64,000 nt of DNA, taken from NCBI GenBank assembly GCA_965215335.1, contig CBDCDA010000001.1:544001-608000 (forward strand), read 5' to 3'. The notes below the pieces were generated by a model. The model made no database searches, was not told the origin of the DNA, and saw only the letters and a list, made by a program, of their open reading frames with translations. Shown here in pieces: positions 55,336 to 64,000 of this stretch; within the stretch, counting starts at the first letter, position 1, and each line of letters begins with the position of its first letter. The translations under genes and the position numbers were made by a program. The stretch is from an uncultured Candidatus Entotheonella sp. (GTDB lineage: Bacteria; Tectomicrobia; Entotheonellia; Entotheonellales; Entotheonellaceae).

Positions 55336-56722
55336 ACTCGCCTATCTCACCCTGGCACAAGCCTCGGCGCGCATTCGCCGTAAGGACCTCTCGCCCGTTG
55401 ACTACACCCAGGCTCTCTTGCGCCGCATCGACACCCACGATGCCAGGTTCAACGCCTTTTTACGTCACACACCGGAAATAGCCCTGCAGCAAGCCAGACA
55501 GGCCGAGGCCGACATCCAGGCCGGCAACTGGCGCGGCCCCCTGCATGGGATTCCCTACGGGCTGAAGGACATCATCGACGTCGAAGGGATACCAACGACG
55601 GGGCATTCCAAAATTCTGGCTGACAACCTGGCGCGAACGGATGCCTTTGTCACACGCCGATTGCGGGCCGCCGGGGCCGTGTTTCTGGGCAAGCTGTCGA
55701 CGCACGAGTTTGCCCTTGGCGGACCGTCCTTTGATCTGCCCTGGCCGCCGGCACGAAATGCGTGGAATCGGGACTATTTCCCGGGTGGATCTTCGAGCGG
55801 CTCCGGCGTGGCCCTGGCCGCCGGGTTTGTCCCGGCCGCCTTGGGGACCGACACGGGTGGCTCGGTACGCAACCCGGCCTCCATGTGCGGCATTGTCGGG
55901 ATGAAGGCAACCTATGGGCGTGTCAGCCGCCGCGGCGTTCTGCCGCTGTCGTATTCCCTTGATCATATTGGCCCCATGACCCGGACCGTCACGGACAATG
56001 CGCTGCTGCTGGGCGTCATTGCCGGGCATGACCCTCAGGACCCGGGCAGCATCCGCGACGCAGTGCCGGATTTCACTGCCGACCTGGACAAAGGCGTCAG
56101 CGGCCTCAAGGTCGGGGTCATCAGACGCTTCTACAACACCGATTTCGAAGCCGACGCGGAGATGACCCGGAGCATCGAGGACGCCCTTCGAATTCTGGCC
56201 GGACAGGGGGCGGAGGTACAGGAAATCGATCCAGGCCCACTCGTCGATTACCTGTCGGCAAACCGGGTGATCCTGTTATCGGAAGCCTATGCGATTCACG
56301 AAAAATGGCTGCAGGAACGGCCGGGGGATTATGGCGACCTGACCCGCGAGCGACTGCTGCCAGGCGCCTTTTTTCGTGCCGTCGATTACGTGCACGCTCT
56401 GCGGCAACGGGAGGTACTCAGGCAAAAATTCAATGCCTGCATGGCATCCGTCGACGTGGCCATTACAGCCTCGAGCATGGAACCGGCCTGCCCGATCGAG
56501 GATGCCGAGTTGTGCGAAAAACAATACGGGCGGCAAGCACGAGCACCCTTCAATCTCACCGGGGCACCGGCCCTCGCCGTTCCCACTGGCTTCGCCGCAA
56601 CGGGCTTGCCGCTCTCCATGCAGATTATCGGCAAACCCGGCGATGAAACGACCGTGTACCGTGTCGCCCGGGCCTACGAACGCGCTACAGACTGGATATC
56701 CAGACATCCTGTTCTGGGATGA
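55328..56722 (+). CDS. Amidase-signature family enzyme (AtzE/GatA-like)
   Basis: GPLHGIPYGLKD, GGSSSGS, GTDTGGSVR (Ser-cisSer-Lys triad). Confidence 0.93.
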   Translation: MTELAYLTLAQASARIRRKDLSPVDYTQALLRRIDTHDARFNAFLRHTPEIALQQARQAEADIQAGNWRGPLHGIPYGLKDIIDVEGIPTTGHSKILADNLARTDAFVTRRLRAAGAVFLGKLSTHEFALGGPSFDLPWPPARNAWNRDYFPGGSSSGSGVALAAGFVPAALGTDTGGSVRNPASMCGIVGMKATYGRVSRRGVLPLSYSLDHIGPMTRTVTDNALLLGVIAGHDPQDPGSIRDAVPDFTADLDKGVSGLKVGVIRRFYNTDFEADAEMTRSIEDALRILAGQGAEVQEIDPGPLVDYLSANRVILLSEAYAIHEKWLQERPGDYGDLTRERLLPGAFFRAVDYVHALRQREVLRQKFNACMASVDVAITASSMEPACPIEDAELCEKQYGRQARAPFNLTGAPALAVPTGFAATGLPLSMQIIGKPGDETTVYRVARAYERATDWISRHPVLG

Positions 56723-56847
56723 GACCGCGGCCGGGCAACCGCCTGGAATCGTTGACGGTGCCCTGCAAACCGGCCAAGATGGGCACCCGGAGGACGATCG
56801 AGACCTTTGAAATCGCCCTGCAAACCACAAGGAAGGAGACCCATCCC

Positions 56848-57894
56848 ATGCCAATACAGGTATCACACCAGAGGTCCTACGTATATGCCGGCTTGGCCGG
56901 TAAAACCACCCCAGGCCGGATCGTTCGATCCGGCCTGTATCGCCAGGTCGCGGGTGATGGTGAGTGGGAAACTCTGCATCACGGCCTGCCCGAGGCGCCG
57001 GCCATCCGGGCTATTGCCGTCCACCCGCAACAGCCCGAAATCGTGTATGTGGGCACCCAGCAAGGCCCCTACCGGAGCACGGATCACGGCGATCATTGGG
57101 AGAAGGTCAACGTGCCGGATCATGGCCTGCCCGTCTGGTCGCTGCTCTTTCATCCGCACGACGCCGATCTGATGTACGCCGGATACGAAAACTGCGAGAT
57201 TTACCGCAGCGAGAACGGTGGCGACACCTGGCAGCCGGTACCCGTCAGCGTGCGCTTCCCGGAAATCACCATGGCGCCGGGCGCCAACCCGGCCAAGCGG
57301 GTCCTGATGATCGCCGGCAGCGTGGCCGATCCCGACATGCTCTACGGCGCCATCGAAGTCGGCGGCATGATTCGCAGCACGGACGGCGGCGGGCACTGGG
57401 AAAACCTCAGCCACGGCCAGTACCTGAACGACGACGTGGTCGATACCCACGGGGTCCTGGTCAGCCGTTTGCGCCCCGGAACCGTGTACGGCATCACCCG
57501 CGCCGGCATGTTCCACAGCCCGGATCACGGCGACCACTGGCAGCACGTGCGCCTCGAACCCCTCAACGCCAAGGGGCAACTCTACTGCCGCGACATCCGC
57601 GAAGTGCCGGGCGACCCCAAGACGATCTGGGTAGCGGCCGGAGCGAATTTCCAAAGCGATGTCGGTGTCCTGTTCCGCAGCACGGACGGCGGCACGTCCT
57701 GGAGCCGGGTGGAGATGGGCCTGCAACCGAGTCATACGATGTTCAAGCTGGCGTTCGACGAACGCCAGCCCAGCCGGATGTACTGCGCCACCAACGGTGG
57801 CGAGGTGTTCGGCAGCACCGACGGCGGCGACACGTGGAAACCTCACCCGCTGCCGCCAGACGCGACGCAGGTCTACGCTTTGGCTTGCGGTTAA
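56848..57894 (+). CDS. BNR/Asp-box beta-propeller protein (no signal peptide)
   Basis: Repeated RSTD.G..W Asp-boxes; ATG after AAGGAG. Confidence 0.85.
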   Translation: MPIQVSHQRSYVYAGLAGKTTPGRIVRSGLYRQVAGDGEWETLHHGLPEAPAIRAIAVHPQQPEIVYVGTQQGPYRSTDHGDHWEKVNVPDHGLPVWSLLFHPHDADLMYAGYENCEIYRSENGGDTWQPVPVSVRFPEITMAPGANPAKRVLMIAGSVADPDMLYGAIEVGGMIRSTDGGGHWENLSHGQYLNDDVVDTHGVLVSRLRPGTVYGITRAGMFHSPDHGDHWQHVRLEPLNAKGQLYCRDIREVPGDPKTIWVAAGANFQSDVGVLFRSTDGGTSWSRVEMGLQPSHTMFKLAFDERQPSRMYCATNGGEVFGSTDGGDTWKPHPLPPDATQVYALACG

Positions 57895-57905
57895 TACGAC
57901 CTCGC

Positions 57906-58274
57906 ATGAACCTGGAACGCGCTCAAGAATCGTTACACGCTGCAAATCTGTGTTTACAAACAGGCTATGTGAACTCTGCGGCCAGTCGTGCTTATTATGC
58001 GATGTTTCAATCCGCTCAAGTTGCCCTTGAAGCTGCCGGTTTTACACGTGCGACCTGGGGACAACACGCGGTTCTTCAAGCGACGTTCACTGCAGAATTG
58101 ATCGCTCGTCGCAAGGTGTACCCGGCTGCCTTGCGCGATTACCTCTCCACGGGCCTGCGGGCACGCCACGCAGCGGACTACGGGGCTTCCGGCATAAGCC
58201 AGAAAGTGGCTCAGCGTATGCTGCGGAGGGCAACGAGATTTGTGACTGCCGTCGAGGAGGCCCTGCAACGATGA
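57906..58274 (+). CDS. HEPN domain protein
   Basis: A..SL.AA....G....A.SRAYYAMF, H..L...F, R..ADY. Confidence 0.88.
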   Translation: MNLERAQESLHAANLCLQTGYVNSAASRAYYAMFQSAQVALEAAGFTRATWGQHAVLQATFTAELIARRKVYPAALRDYLSTGLRARHAADYGASGISQKVAQRMLRRATRFVTAVEEALQR

Positions 58275-58603
58275 AACTTCCGACACCCCAAAATGGATAT
58301 CGCCTCTTACTGGATAGAAAACTCACCGAACTGGCGCTTTATGCGAAAGAACTCTGTCCTGAGGCAGAAGTCGAAACTAGTACGGTGCCCTGCGAAGATG
58401 AAGATGGTCATCTTGACGTTTTCCCCCCTCCGTATCTCTCCGAGGCGGAAGAGGAACGCATCGAATTAGCCATTGCAGAACGCGCGGCAGCGATCTTTGA
58501 GCAAACGGGTCTCTATATTCTGTGTGCGGTGCTTGATTCGACTGCCCGTGATGAGCAGAGAACCGGCGAGGCTGACAAAGGAAGGAACGAAACAGGGGCA
58601 TGA
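58271..58603 (+). CDS. Small acidic protein coupled to HEPN (divergent nucleotidyltransferase-like partner?)
   Basis: ATGA overlaps with both neighbours; EDEDGHLDV; acidic helix. Confidence 0.6.
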   Translation: MKLPTPQNGYRLLLDRKLTELALYAKELCPEAEVETSTVPCEDEDGHLDVFPPPYLSEAEEERIELAIAERAAAIFEQTGLYILCAVLDSTARDEQRTGEADKGRNETGA

Positions 58604-61581
58604 AACAAACCCAGGTCGAGGAGCCCAAACCCGAGTATGTCGCCAAGAGCGGCGCGAGCCTGCAACGTAAAAACGGCAAGATATGGAGTCACATCCGATG
58701 CAGATGGCTCGTCGAAACGCCGGAAGAATACGTCCGACAGGAATATCTGCTTATCCTGCGGCACGAATACGGCTACGACCTGGAACAGATGGCCGAGGAA
58801 ATGGAAGTGACGGGGCGCGGTTCCGGGCACGCCCGGGCCGACTTCGTCGTATGGCGCTCCGCCCTCGACAAGGCCGACCAGAAACCCCCGCTGGTCATCG
58901 TCGAGTGCAAGTCTGACAACGTAACGATCCGGCCTGCAGACTACGGCCAGGGTGACAACTACGCCCGCTTGGCGAACGCGCCTTTCTTCGTCACCCACAA
59001 CAACACGGAAACCAAGTTCTGGCGGGTCCGCAAAGACCGCATGCCCGGCTACCTGGAAGAGATTGAAGACATTCCGCACGCGGACGCCACCGACAGGCAG
59101 ATTGATGCCCTCCTCACCCGCCTGAAAACCTTCAAGGAAGACGAGTTCGCCGCCCTGCTCCACCAATGTCACAACGTCATCAGGAACCGCGAGAAGATAG
59201 ATCCGGTAGCGGCTTTCGACGAAATCGCCAAAATTCTGTTCATCAAGGTCTACGTCGAACGCGAGCTGAAGCGCCGGCAGCGGCGCGACAACTTGTTCAC
59301 CGTGGAATTCCTTGAAACTCAGCTTGCCGACAATCCACTTGAGGACCTGTTCCAGAAGACGAAGGCGCACTACGAAACGGACCGCATCTTCGCTGAGGAT
59401 GAACGCCTGAACCTGAAGCCCGCCACCGGCCTTGAAATTGTCCGGCTTCTCGAACGTTACAACCTGTCCGACACCAGTGAAGACATCAAGGGCATTGCCT
59501 TCGAGCGCTTTCTTGGCAAGACCTTCCGGGGCGAAATCGGCCAGTTCTTCACGCCGCGCCCCATCGTCGAGTTCATGGTGCGCATGGTGGACCCGCAGGA
59601 GGGAGACGTCATCTGCGACCCGGCAAGCGGTTCCGGCGGCTTCCTGATCCGTTTCTTCGAGATCGTCCGGGAACGGATTCTCGCCGACGTGGATCGGCGT
59701 TACCAGGCCTTCCGCCGGGAGACCGACGGCGCGACGCACCTGGCCGCGGAGGAAAAAGCCGCGGCGCTCCGCGACAAGTATGAAGAACTGCAACGGACGC
59801 TCGACAAGGACGTTCGCGGCTCACGGATGTGGAACCTGGCGAACGGCTGCATCTACGGCACGGACGCCAACGATCGCATGGCCCGCACCAGCAAAATGAA
59901 CATGATCATGCACGGCGACGGTCACGGCGGGGTGCATCACCACGACGGCTTTCTGAACGTCAACGGCATCTTCGACGGGCGCTTCGACATCATCCTGACC
60001 AACCCGCCGTTTGGCGCCAGCGTCGAGCCCTCGGACACGGTTCTTGAAGAACAAACCGCTATCCCTGCCGAACTCGAACGCCGGTATGCCGACCGCTATG
60101 GAAACCCTTACCGCGACGCACTGAGCCGCGTGCGCGCCGCCGTCGGCAAGCCCATTGCCAGTTTGTTTGCCCTGCCGACCGTGAAGGGGAATCGGCAAGT
60201 CGGCAAGATCAAGACCGAGCTTCTCTTCATCGAACGGTGTCTTGATTTGTTGAAGCCCGGCGGCCGCCTCGGCATCGTGCTTCCCGAAGGCGTCTTCAAC
60301 AATCCATCGCTGGCCTACGTCCGCGAGTTCTGCGAAGACCGTGCCTTCATCCGGGCCGTTGTCTCCCTGCCGCCCGAGACCTTCGTTTCTTCCGGCGCCA
60401 CCGTGAAGGCGTCGCTCCTGTTCATGCAGAAATTCACCGACGCAGAACAGGCCGACTTCAACGCCAAGAAGGACGCGGCTACACAGGAAACACGCGAGAC
60501 CTACGCTGCTGAGATTGCTGAACGCATGGGGGCACTTGAAGCGGCGATTACTCAAGCCAAGGAAGACAGGGCTGTTGACAGCCGCAAGGCATTGCAAGCC
60601 GAACTGAAGCAGTATCTGCGCGATACGGAAGCGAAAATCAAAGCCGAGGCGCGCGCCCTGCTCAAATCCCGCTTCCCCTACCCCGTCTTTCTCTATGAGG
60701 CTGAGCACGTCGGCATCACCGCCACCGGCGAAACCGACCGCGTGCCGAATGAGCTTGTGCCGAGTGGTTACAAGTCGGAGGGTATTGAGAAAACCGTGCT
60801 TGAGCTTTATCGGGAATTCCGGGCTAATCCCGAAGTCTTGTCCGTGTGGGGCTCACGAGTCATAGGGCTTAACCCTTTTCCTACCTGTTTTCGCGCCTCG
60901 TTCTCTGACACATATCGATGGGATCCTGGAAGCTTTTGCACTTTGGGCTGGCTTTGGGAACCGTATGTACTGAACCCAATCGGCAGCGTTTTGAAGCCAC
61001 GCAGAGAGAAGGTTGACCGAAACCTTCATGACTTTACGAGTCTGCAACCCATTACGATTCACTTCGATGGCTCGGTCGACAAACGCAATGTCAGGCACGG
61101 CACGGAATACTCAATGGACCTCTTTTTTGCCTACCCCGGCGATTTGATCATTGCAAAGATAGACCTCAAGAATGGAGCGGTAGGCGTTGTGCCTGAAGGC
61201 TGGGAGAAGGTGGTTGTAACTGGACACTTTGCCGTCTATGAAGTGGATTCAAGACGAGTTCGTACGCAATGGTTGCATCGCATTATTCAGCAACCCGATT
61301 TCAAGGAGTATCTGTGGCGTAACAAGGTTGGAGCTGAAGGCCGAAAAGAGGTCAAGCTGGACTTCTTCGAGTCGATTTCAATTCCCATCCCAGACATCGC
61401 CACCCAGGAAGCCATCCTGATGGAACGTAACCTGATTCGGTCACAAATCGATCGCTTGACTCAACTCCTAATAGAATCCGAATCGCATCTGATCGAGATG
61501 ATTCATGGACGCGCTTCGCCTCCGCAAAAACAAGCTCTTTTGCAACAAATAAACAAGGTTGTCAGCAACGGTGAGCATTGA
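58600..61581 (+). CDS. Single-chain restriction-modification enzyme (HsdR_N-like nuclease + N6-adenine MTase + one TRD; type IIG/IIC-like)
   Basis: TPEE.VRQ, RAD.V..., IVECK; GQFFTPR, DPASGSGGF, TNPPFG, IVLPEG; C-terminal HsdS-like TRD (GDLII, IPIP.I..QE.I). Confidence 0.9.
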   Translation: MKQTQVEEPKPEYVAKSGASLQRKNGKIWSHIRCRWLVETPEEYVRQEYLLILRHEYGYDLEQMAEEMEVTGRGSGHARADFVVWRSALDKADQKPPLVIVECKSDNVTIRPADYGQGDNYARLANAPFFVTHNNTETKFWRVRKDRMPGYLEEIEDIPHADATDRQIDALLTRLKTFKEDEFAALLHQCHNVIRNREKIDPVAAFDEIAKILFIKVYVERELKRRQRRDNLFTVEFLETQLADNPLEDLFQKTKAHYETDRIFAEDERLNLKPATGLEIVRLLERYNLSDTSEDIKGIAFERFLGKTFRGEIGQFFTPRPIVEFMVRMVDPQEGDVICDPASGSGGFLIRFFEIVRERILADVDRRYQAFRRETDGATHLAAEEKAAALRDKYEELQRTLDKDVRGSRMWNLANGCIYGTDANDRMARTSKMNMIMHGDGHGGVHHHDGFLNVNGIFDGRFDIILTNPPFGASVEPSDTVLEEQTAIPAELERRYADRYGNPYRDALSRVRAAVGKPIASLFALPTVKGNRQVGKIKTELLFIERCLDLLKPGGRLGIVLPEGVFNNPSLAYVREFCEDRAFIRAVVSLPPETFVSSGATVKASLLFMQKFTDAEQADFNAKKDAATQETRETYAAEIAERMGALEAAITQAKEDRAVDSRKALQAELKQYLRDTEAKIKAEARALLKSRFPYPVFLYEAEHVGITATGETDRVPNELVPSGYKSEGIEKTVLELYREFRANPEVLSVWGSRVIGLNPFPTCFRASFSDTYRWDPGSFCTLGWLWEPYVLNPIGSVLKPRREKVDRNLHDFTSLQPITIHFDGSVDKRNVRHGTEYSMDLFFAYPGDLIIAKIDLKNGAVGVVPEGWEKVVVTGHFAVYEVDSRRVRTQWLHRIIQQPDFKEYLWRNKVGAEGRKEVKLDFFESISIPIPDIATQEAILMERNLIRSQIDRLTQLLIESESHLIEMIHGRASPPQKQALLQQINKVVSNGEH

Positions 61582-61760
61582 AGCGACGTGTACTTCGACA
61601 ACCTCCGTTTGGCCCGGACCCACCACGACGTTGAAGCCATGATTCCTGGAAGCAAAACGTTTGAGTACAGGGTGAACGGCCAGAAGCCGGACACAGGCGG
61701 GAGGGTTGCGAAATTCTTCGGACGACTCACCGAATCAAGAACCGGCCGCTGCGAAATCCG

Positions 61761-62360
61761 TCACAAGCTCCAGGGGGTGTGTAAACGCACCAGAGTCCGC
61801 TTCAAGCTGTTGGAAATCTGGCTTGCACGTTCAACGTCCCAATGCAGGCGGACAAACTCCCCAAGCCGGACGTTATATCCAGGACCGACCTTGCTGGTGG
61901 CTCCAGGCTTGGGGACGAGGTCGGCTCGCAACCGCGTTCTGTTACTCGAGCGCGCCAATGAAACGAGCAATTCCTTGGGATGTATGAGAGCGTCGGTATC
62001 AAGCGGCACCCGGTTTAAGGGAATGGACAAAAAGTTCGCGATGCCTTTTCGGTCGGCCATAATCCATGACTCTACCTCCATCACTGCAAGGCGAAGGAAG
62101 AAATGGGGGTTACGCGGGCCTTTGATCCATGAACGGATCAATTGTGACGGGCATTGATTCGGAGAATCCTGGTCAGTCAACATGAATACCGTAAATCCCC
62201 TGGCGGTCTGATTCAGATTCTGGGCCTTCCTTTGCAGGTAACCCTTCCCTTTCAAGCCGAGCCGTTGGCTGACAGCGATGCCCAGGCTCGCAAGAATCTG
62301 TGTCGAGACGGCTTCGCCCAGCACATCTTCAACCGCCAAGATGGCGCTTCTTTGCGTCAT
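61761..62360 (-). CDS. DUF4276/TOPRIM-like protein
   Basis: AVED, TDQD, EVESW.MAD, HPK, SL.R; ATGA-coupled to the ATPase. Confidence 0.72.
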   Translation of the reverse strand: MTQRSAILAVEDVLGEAVSTQILASLGIAVSQRLGLKGKGYLQRKAQNLNQTARGFTVFMLTDQDSPNQCPSQLIRSWIKGPRNPHFFLRLAVMEVESWIMADRKGIANFLSIPLNRVPLDTDALIHPKELLVSLARSSNRTRLRADLVPKPGATSKVGPGYNVRLGEFVRLHWDVERASQISNSLKRTLVRLHTPWSL

Positions 62361-63511
62361 CCCAAAAAGCTCAACTGCTCAACGTCGTCTGGTTTCGTCC
62401 TGGGGAGAACGACCTCTCCGACCGTCAGGCCTGATTCGAGCAAGACGCGGACTTCGTCGATATCGGCTGCCACTTTGACATCTGTTCCTTCCTTCGCAGC
62501 GGTCAGCAGAAGGACTTCATGACCGTCGATACCTTGTTCTGTCAGAAGCGCGTCGCTGTGGGTGCTGATTAAGACTTGTCTGCGCCGATTGCGCTGCGTT
62601 CGGAATACAATAGGGGCAAGCTGCGACACAATGGCGGCATTCAACGAAAGCTCCGGCTCCTCCAACAAGAGGAGCGAATCACTCTCTGCGAGAGACCATA
62701 GAAAGCCGATCAGACGGAGCGTGCCATCGGAAAATTGATCTTCCCTCTGCAGGCCTGCTTGTGGACGCCAGTGCGAGTAGAGAGCCTGAAGATGAGGGCG
62801 CCCCGTCACCGGGTCACGGACAAATTGAAGTTGTTCAAGCTGTGGCACAGCGATTTTCAGTGCCTTCTCGATTCTTGACAAACGGGACCGGCGTGTTCTT
62901 TCGTTTGATTTTGCCAGGCGCTCCAGAAGCCCTTGCCCGAAAGGGTCGTCCTCAAGAATATGTCCCTGTATGGAATCAGCGAATCGCAAGAGCTGGGGGA
63001 CCACGTGCAGATAGGTAACCGCCTGAAAGAAGCGGACAACCTCTCGGAAGTCACCGTTAACATTTATCTGCTCAAGAAAAGTCTGGGTAAGCCGGTCGCG
63101 ATCTTGTTTTTCTTCCGGGCTAGGTCTGTCGAGAATCTGTTGGCTTTTCTTCCACACCCGCTCATGGGTGACATAAGGCTGGCGATAGCCACGCGTTTCT
63201 TGGCGCAGGCCAAGAGCGTAACGCCACATCGGAGGCTCACCCGCGACGTCGGTAAGGTGAACCTCTATGGCAATTTCCGGGTCCCGCCGCGCCGCCAGAC
63301 TGCGAATCTTGGATACGCCGCCCCGATCTTTAACCGCCTTTTGGAGTCCACCTCCTTCAGGTTTGGCAATATCCCGAAGGAAACGGAAGACGTCGAGAAG
63401 GTTAGATTTGCCCGAAGCATTGGGCCCGACAATGAATTGGCGTTCCTGGAGGTCGACATCGACAGATCGGAAGTTGCGCCAGTTCTTTACTGAAATATGA
63501 CTGACGATCAT
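62357..63511 (-). CDS. ABC-type (AAA_21/AbiEii-like) ATPase
   Basis: KNWRNF, GPNASGKSN, RGG, FSDGTLR, LLLEEPE, ISTHS. Confidence 0.9.
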   Translation of the reverse strand: MIVSHISVKNWRNFRSVDVDLQERQFIVGPNASGKSNLLDVFRFLRDIAKPEGGGLQKAVKDRGGVSKIRSLAARRDPEIAIEVHLTDVAGEPPMWRYALGLRQETRGYRQPYVTHERVWKKSQQILDRPSPEEKQDRDRLTQTFLEQINVNGDFREVVRFFQAVTYLHVVPQLLRFADSIQGHILEDDPFGQGLLERLAKSNERTRRSRLSRIEKALKIAVPQLEQLQFVRDPVTGRPHLQALYSHWRPQAGLQREDQFSDGTLRLIGFLWSLAESDSLLLLEEPELSLNAAIVSQLAPIVFRTQRNRRRQVLISTHSDALLTEQGIDGHEVLLLTAAKEGTDVKVAADIDEVRVLLESGLTVGEVVLPRTKPDDVEQLSFLG

Positions 63512-63890
63512 GGTTGGAACTCCGATGAATGTCCGATCCGACCGGCATTTGCCGGGGACCACAATAGGTGCACCACGCCCAGCAACTCGTCAAGCTCTTC
63601 GGCGGCGACCAGGGCGACACCTCCGGCGCCGGGGCGTCGGAAGGTTCCAACCTCGCGGTTGGCTATGGCTTTGTCGCATTGAGTCTTTCGGCTCATCATG
63701 TAGAGTGGGACCTTAAAGGCAATGTGCAATGCAATTAGTATAAAGCAGTGAAGACGAAAGTCACAGATACGCATCTACGTTAGCCAAGGAGCCAACACGA
63801 CGTGTACGCAGTCGGCTGCGATGCTGCCACTACAGACTTCTTCCACCATCGCCGTGCTGCCAGCCATGCCACTTTCTCTTAACAAAGTGA

Positions 63891-64000
63891 TGTTACGCAC
63901 CGTTTAAGTCATGAACAGGACGAGGGACCATGAACAGAGAACTCGTAGACCTCTACAGCGATTACCTCTTGAGTTCCTTTGGCGCAACCACCGCAACAGG
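63891..64000 (+). mobile_element. Left end of an IS701-family element; transposase starts at 63930 and runs off the window
   Basis: TGTTACGCACCGTTTAAGT end-like sequence; MNRELVDLYSDYLLSSFGATTAT. Confidence 0.72.

Noticed and set aside
56964..58274. 436-aa ORF suggesting a long HEPN fusion
   Set aside because: The N-terminal about 314 aa is an Arg/Gly-rich alternative frame of the propeller gene; the HEPN protein starts at ATG 57906.
61588..62157. 189-aa plus-strand ORF after the R-M gene
   Set aside because: Mostly antisense to the DUF4276-like gene. The first about 55 codons could be a gene remnant but show no motif.
63540..63880. Short ORFs/possible gene remnant (HHAQQLVKLFGG) upstream of the ATPase
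   Set aside because: Too short and without start signals to assign.
1..64000. CRISPR array, rRNA genes, riboswitches, prophage structural genes
   Set aside because: No regularly spaced repeats, rRNA motifs, recognisable riboswitch consensus or phage hallmark genes seen by eye; a covariance-model search was not possible.

Overview
A GC-rich Gram-negative bacterial chromosome segment. The gene set (REC-LpxC fusion, b6-type Rieske/cytochrome b complex, SCP2-thiolase/DUF35 pair, abundant IS4/IS5/IS66/IS701 elements) suggests a Nitrospinota/Tectomicrobia-like or deltaproteobacteria-like organism; this is inference only. Most of the window is housekeeping: nusA (3' end outside the window), rimP, rseP, lolA, REC-lpxC, mutS, ybeY, phoH, glnD, xerD, secA, dapB, ftsK, thiE, lgt, miaA, ihfB-like, rpsA, cmk, ribF, tolC-like, yqgF, mltG, lptF/G, birA, tRNA-Ala(CGC) and tRNA-Val(CAC). 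A respiratory cluster runs DUF151, Rieske, cytochrome b6-like, subunit IV-like, pentaheme cytochrome c, atpE, atpF, with no other ATP synthase genes. There are two accessory regions. (1) About 13.6-21.7 kb, an IS-rich island bounded by IS5-type ends; it carries a sulfatase-fold membrane protein, a small YVDPG protein and a NoeA-like kinase-methyltransferase. (2) From 52.5 kb on, after the tRNAs: a ThDP-enzyme/VOC/amidase catabolic cluster, an ISAs1-type MITE and a defence island (HEPN pair, single-chain R-M-S enzyme, ABC ATPase plus TOPRIM-like protein), ending in an IS701 start. The most notable candidates are the receiver-domain LpxC, a secreted DUF151-PDZ protein, the bc-complex/atpEF cluster, the surface-modification cassette and the ATPase-TOPRIM defence pair. 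All family calls are from motif recognition by eye, with no database search.
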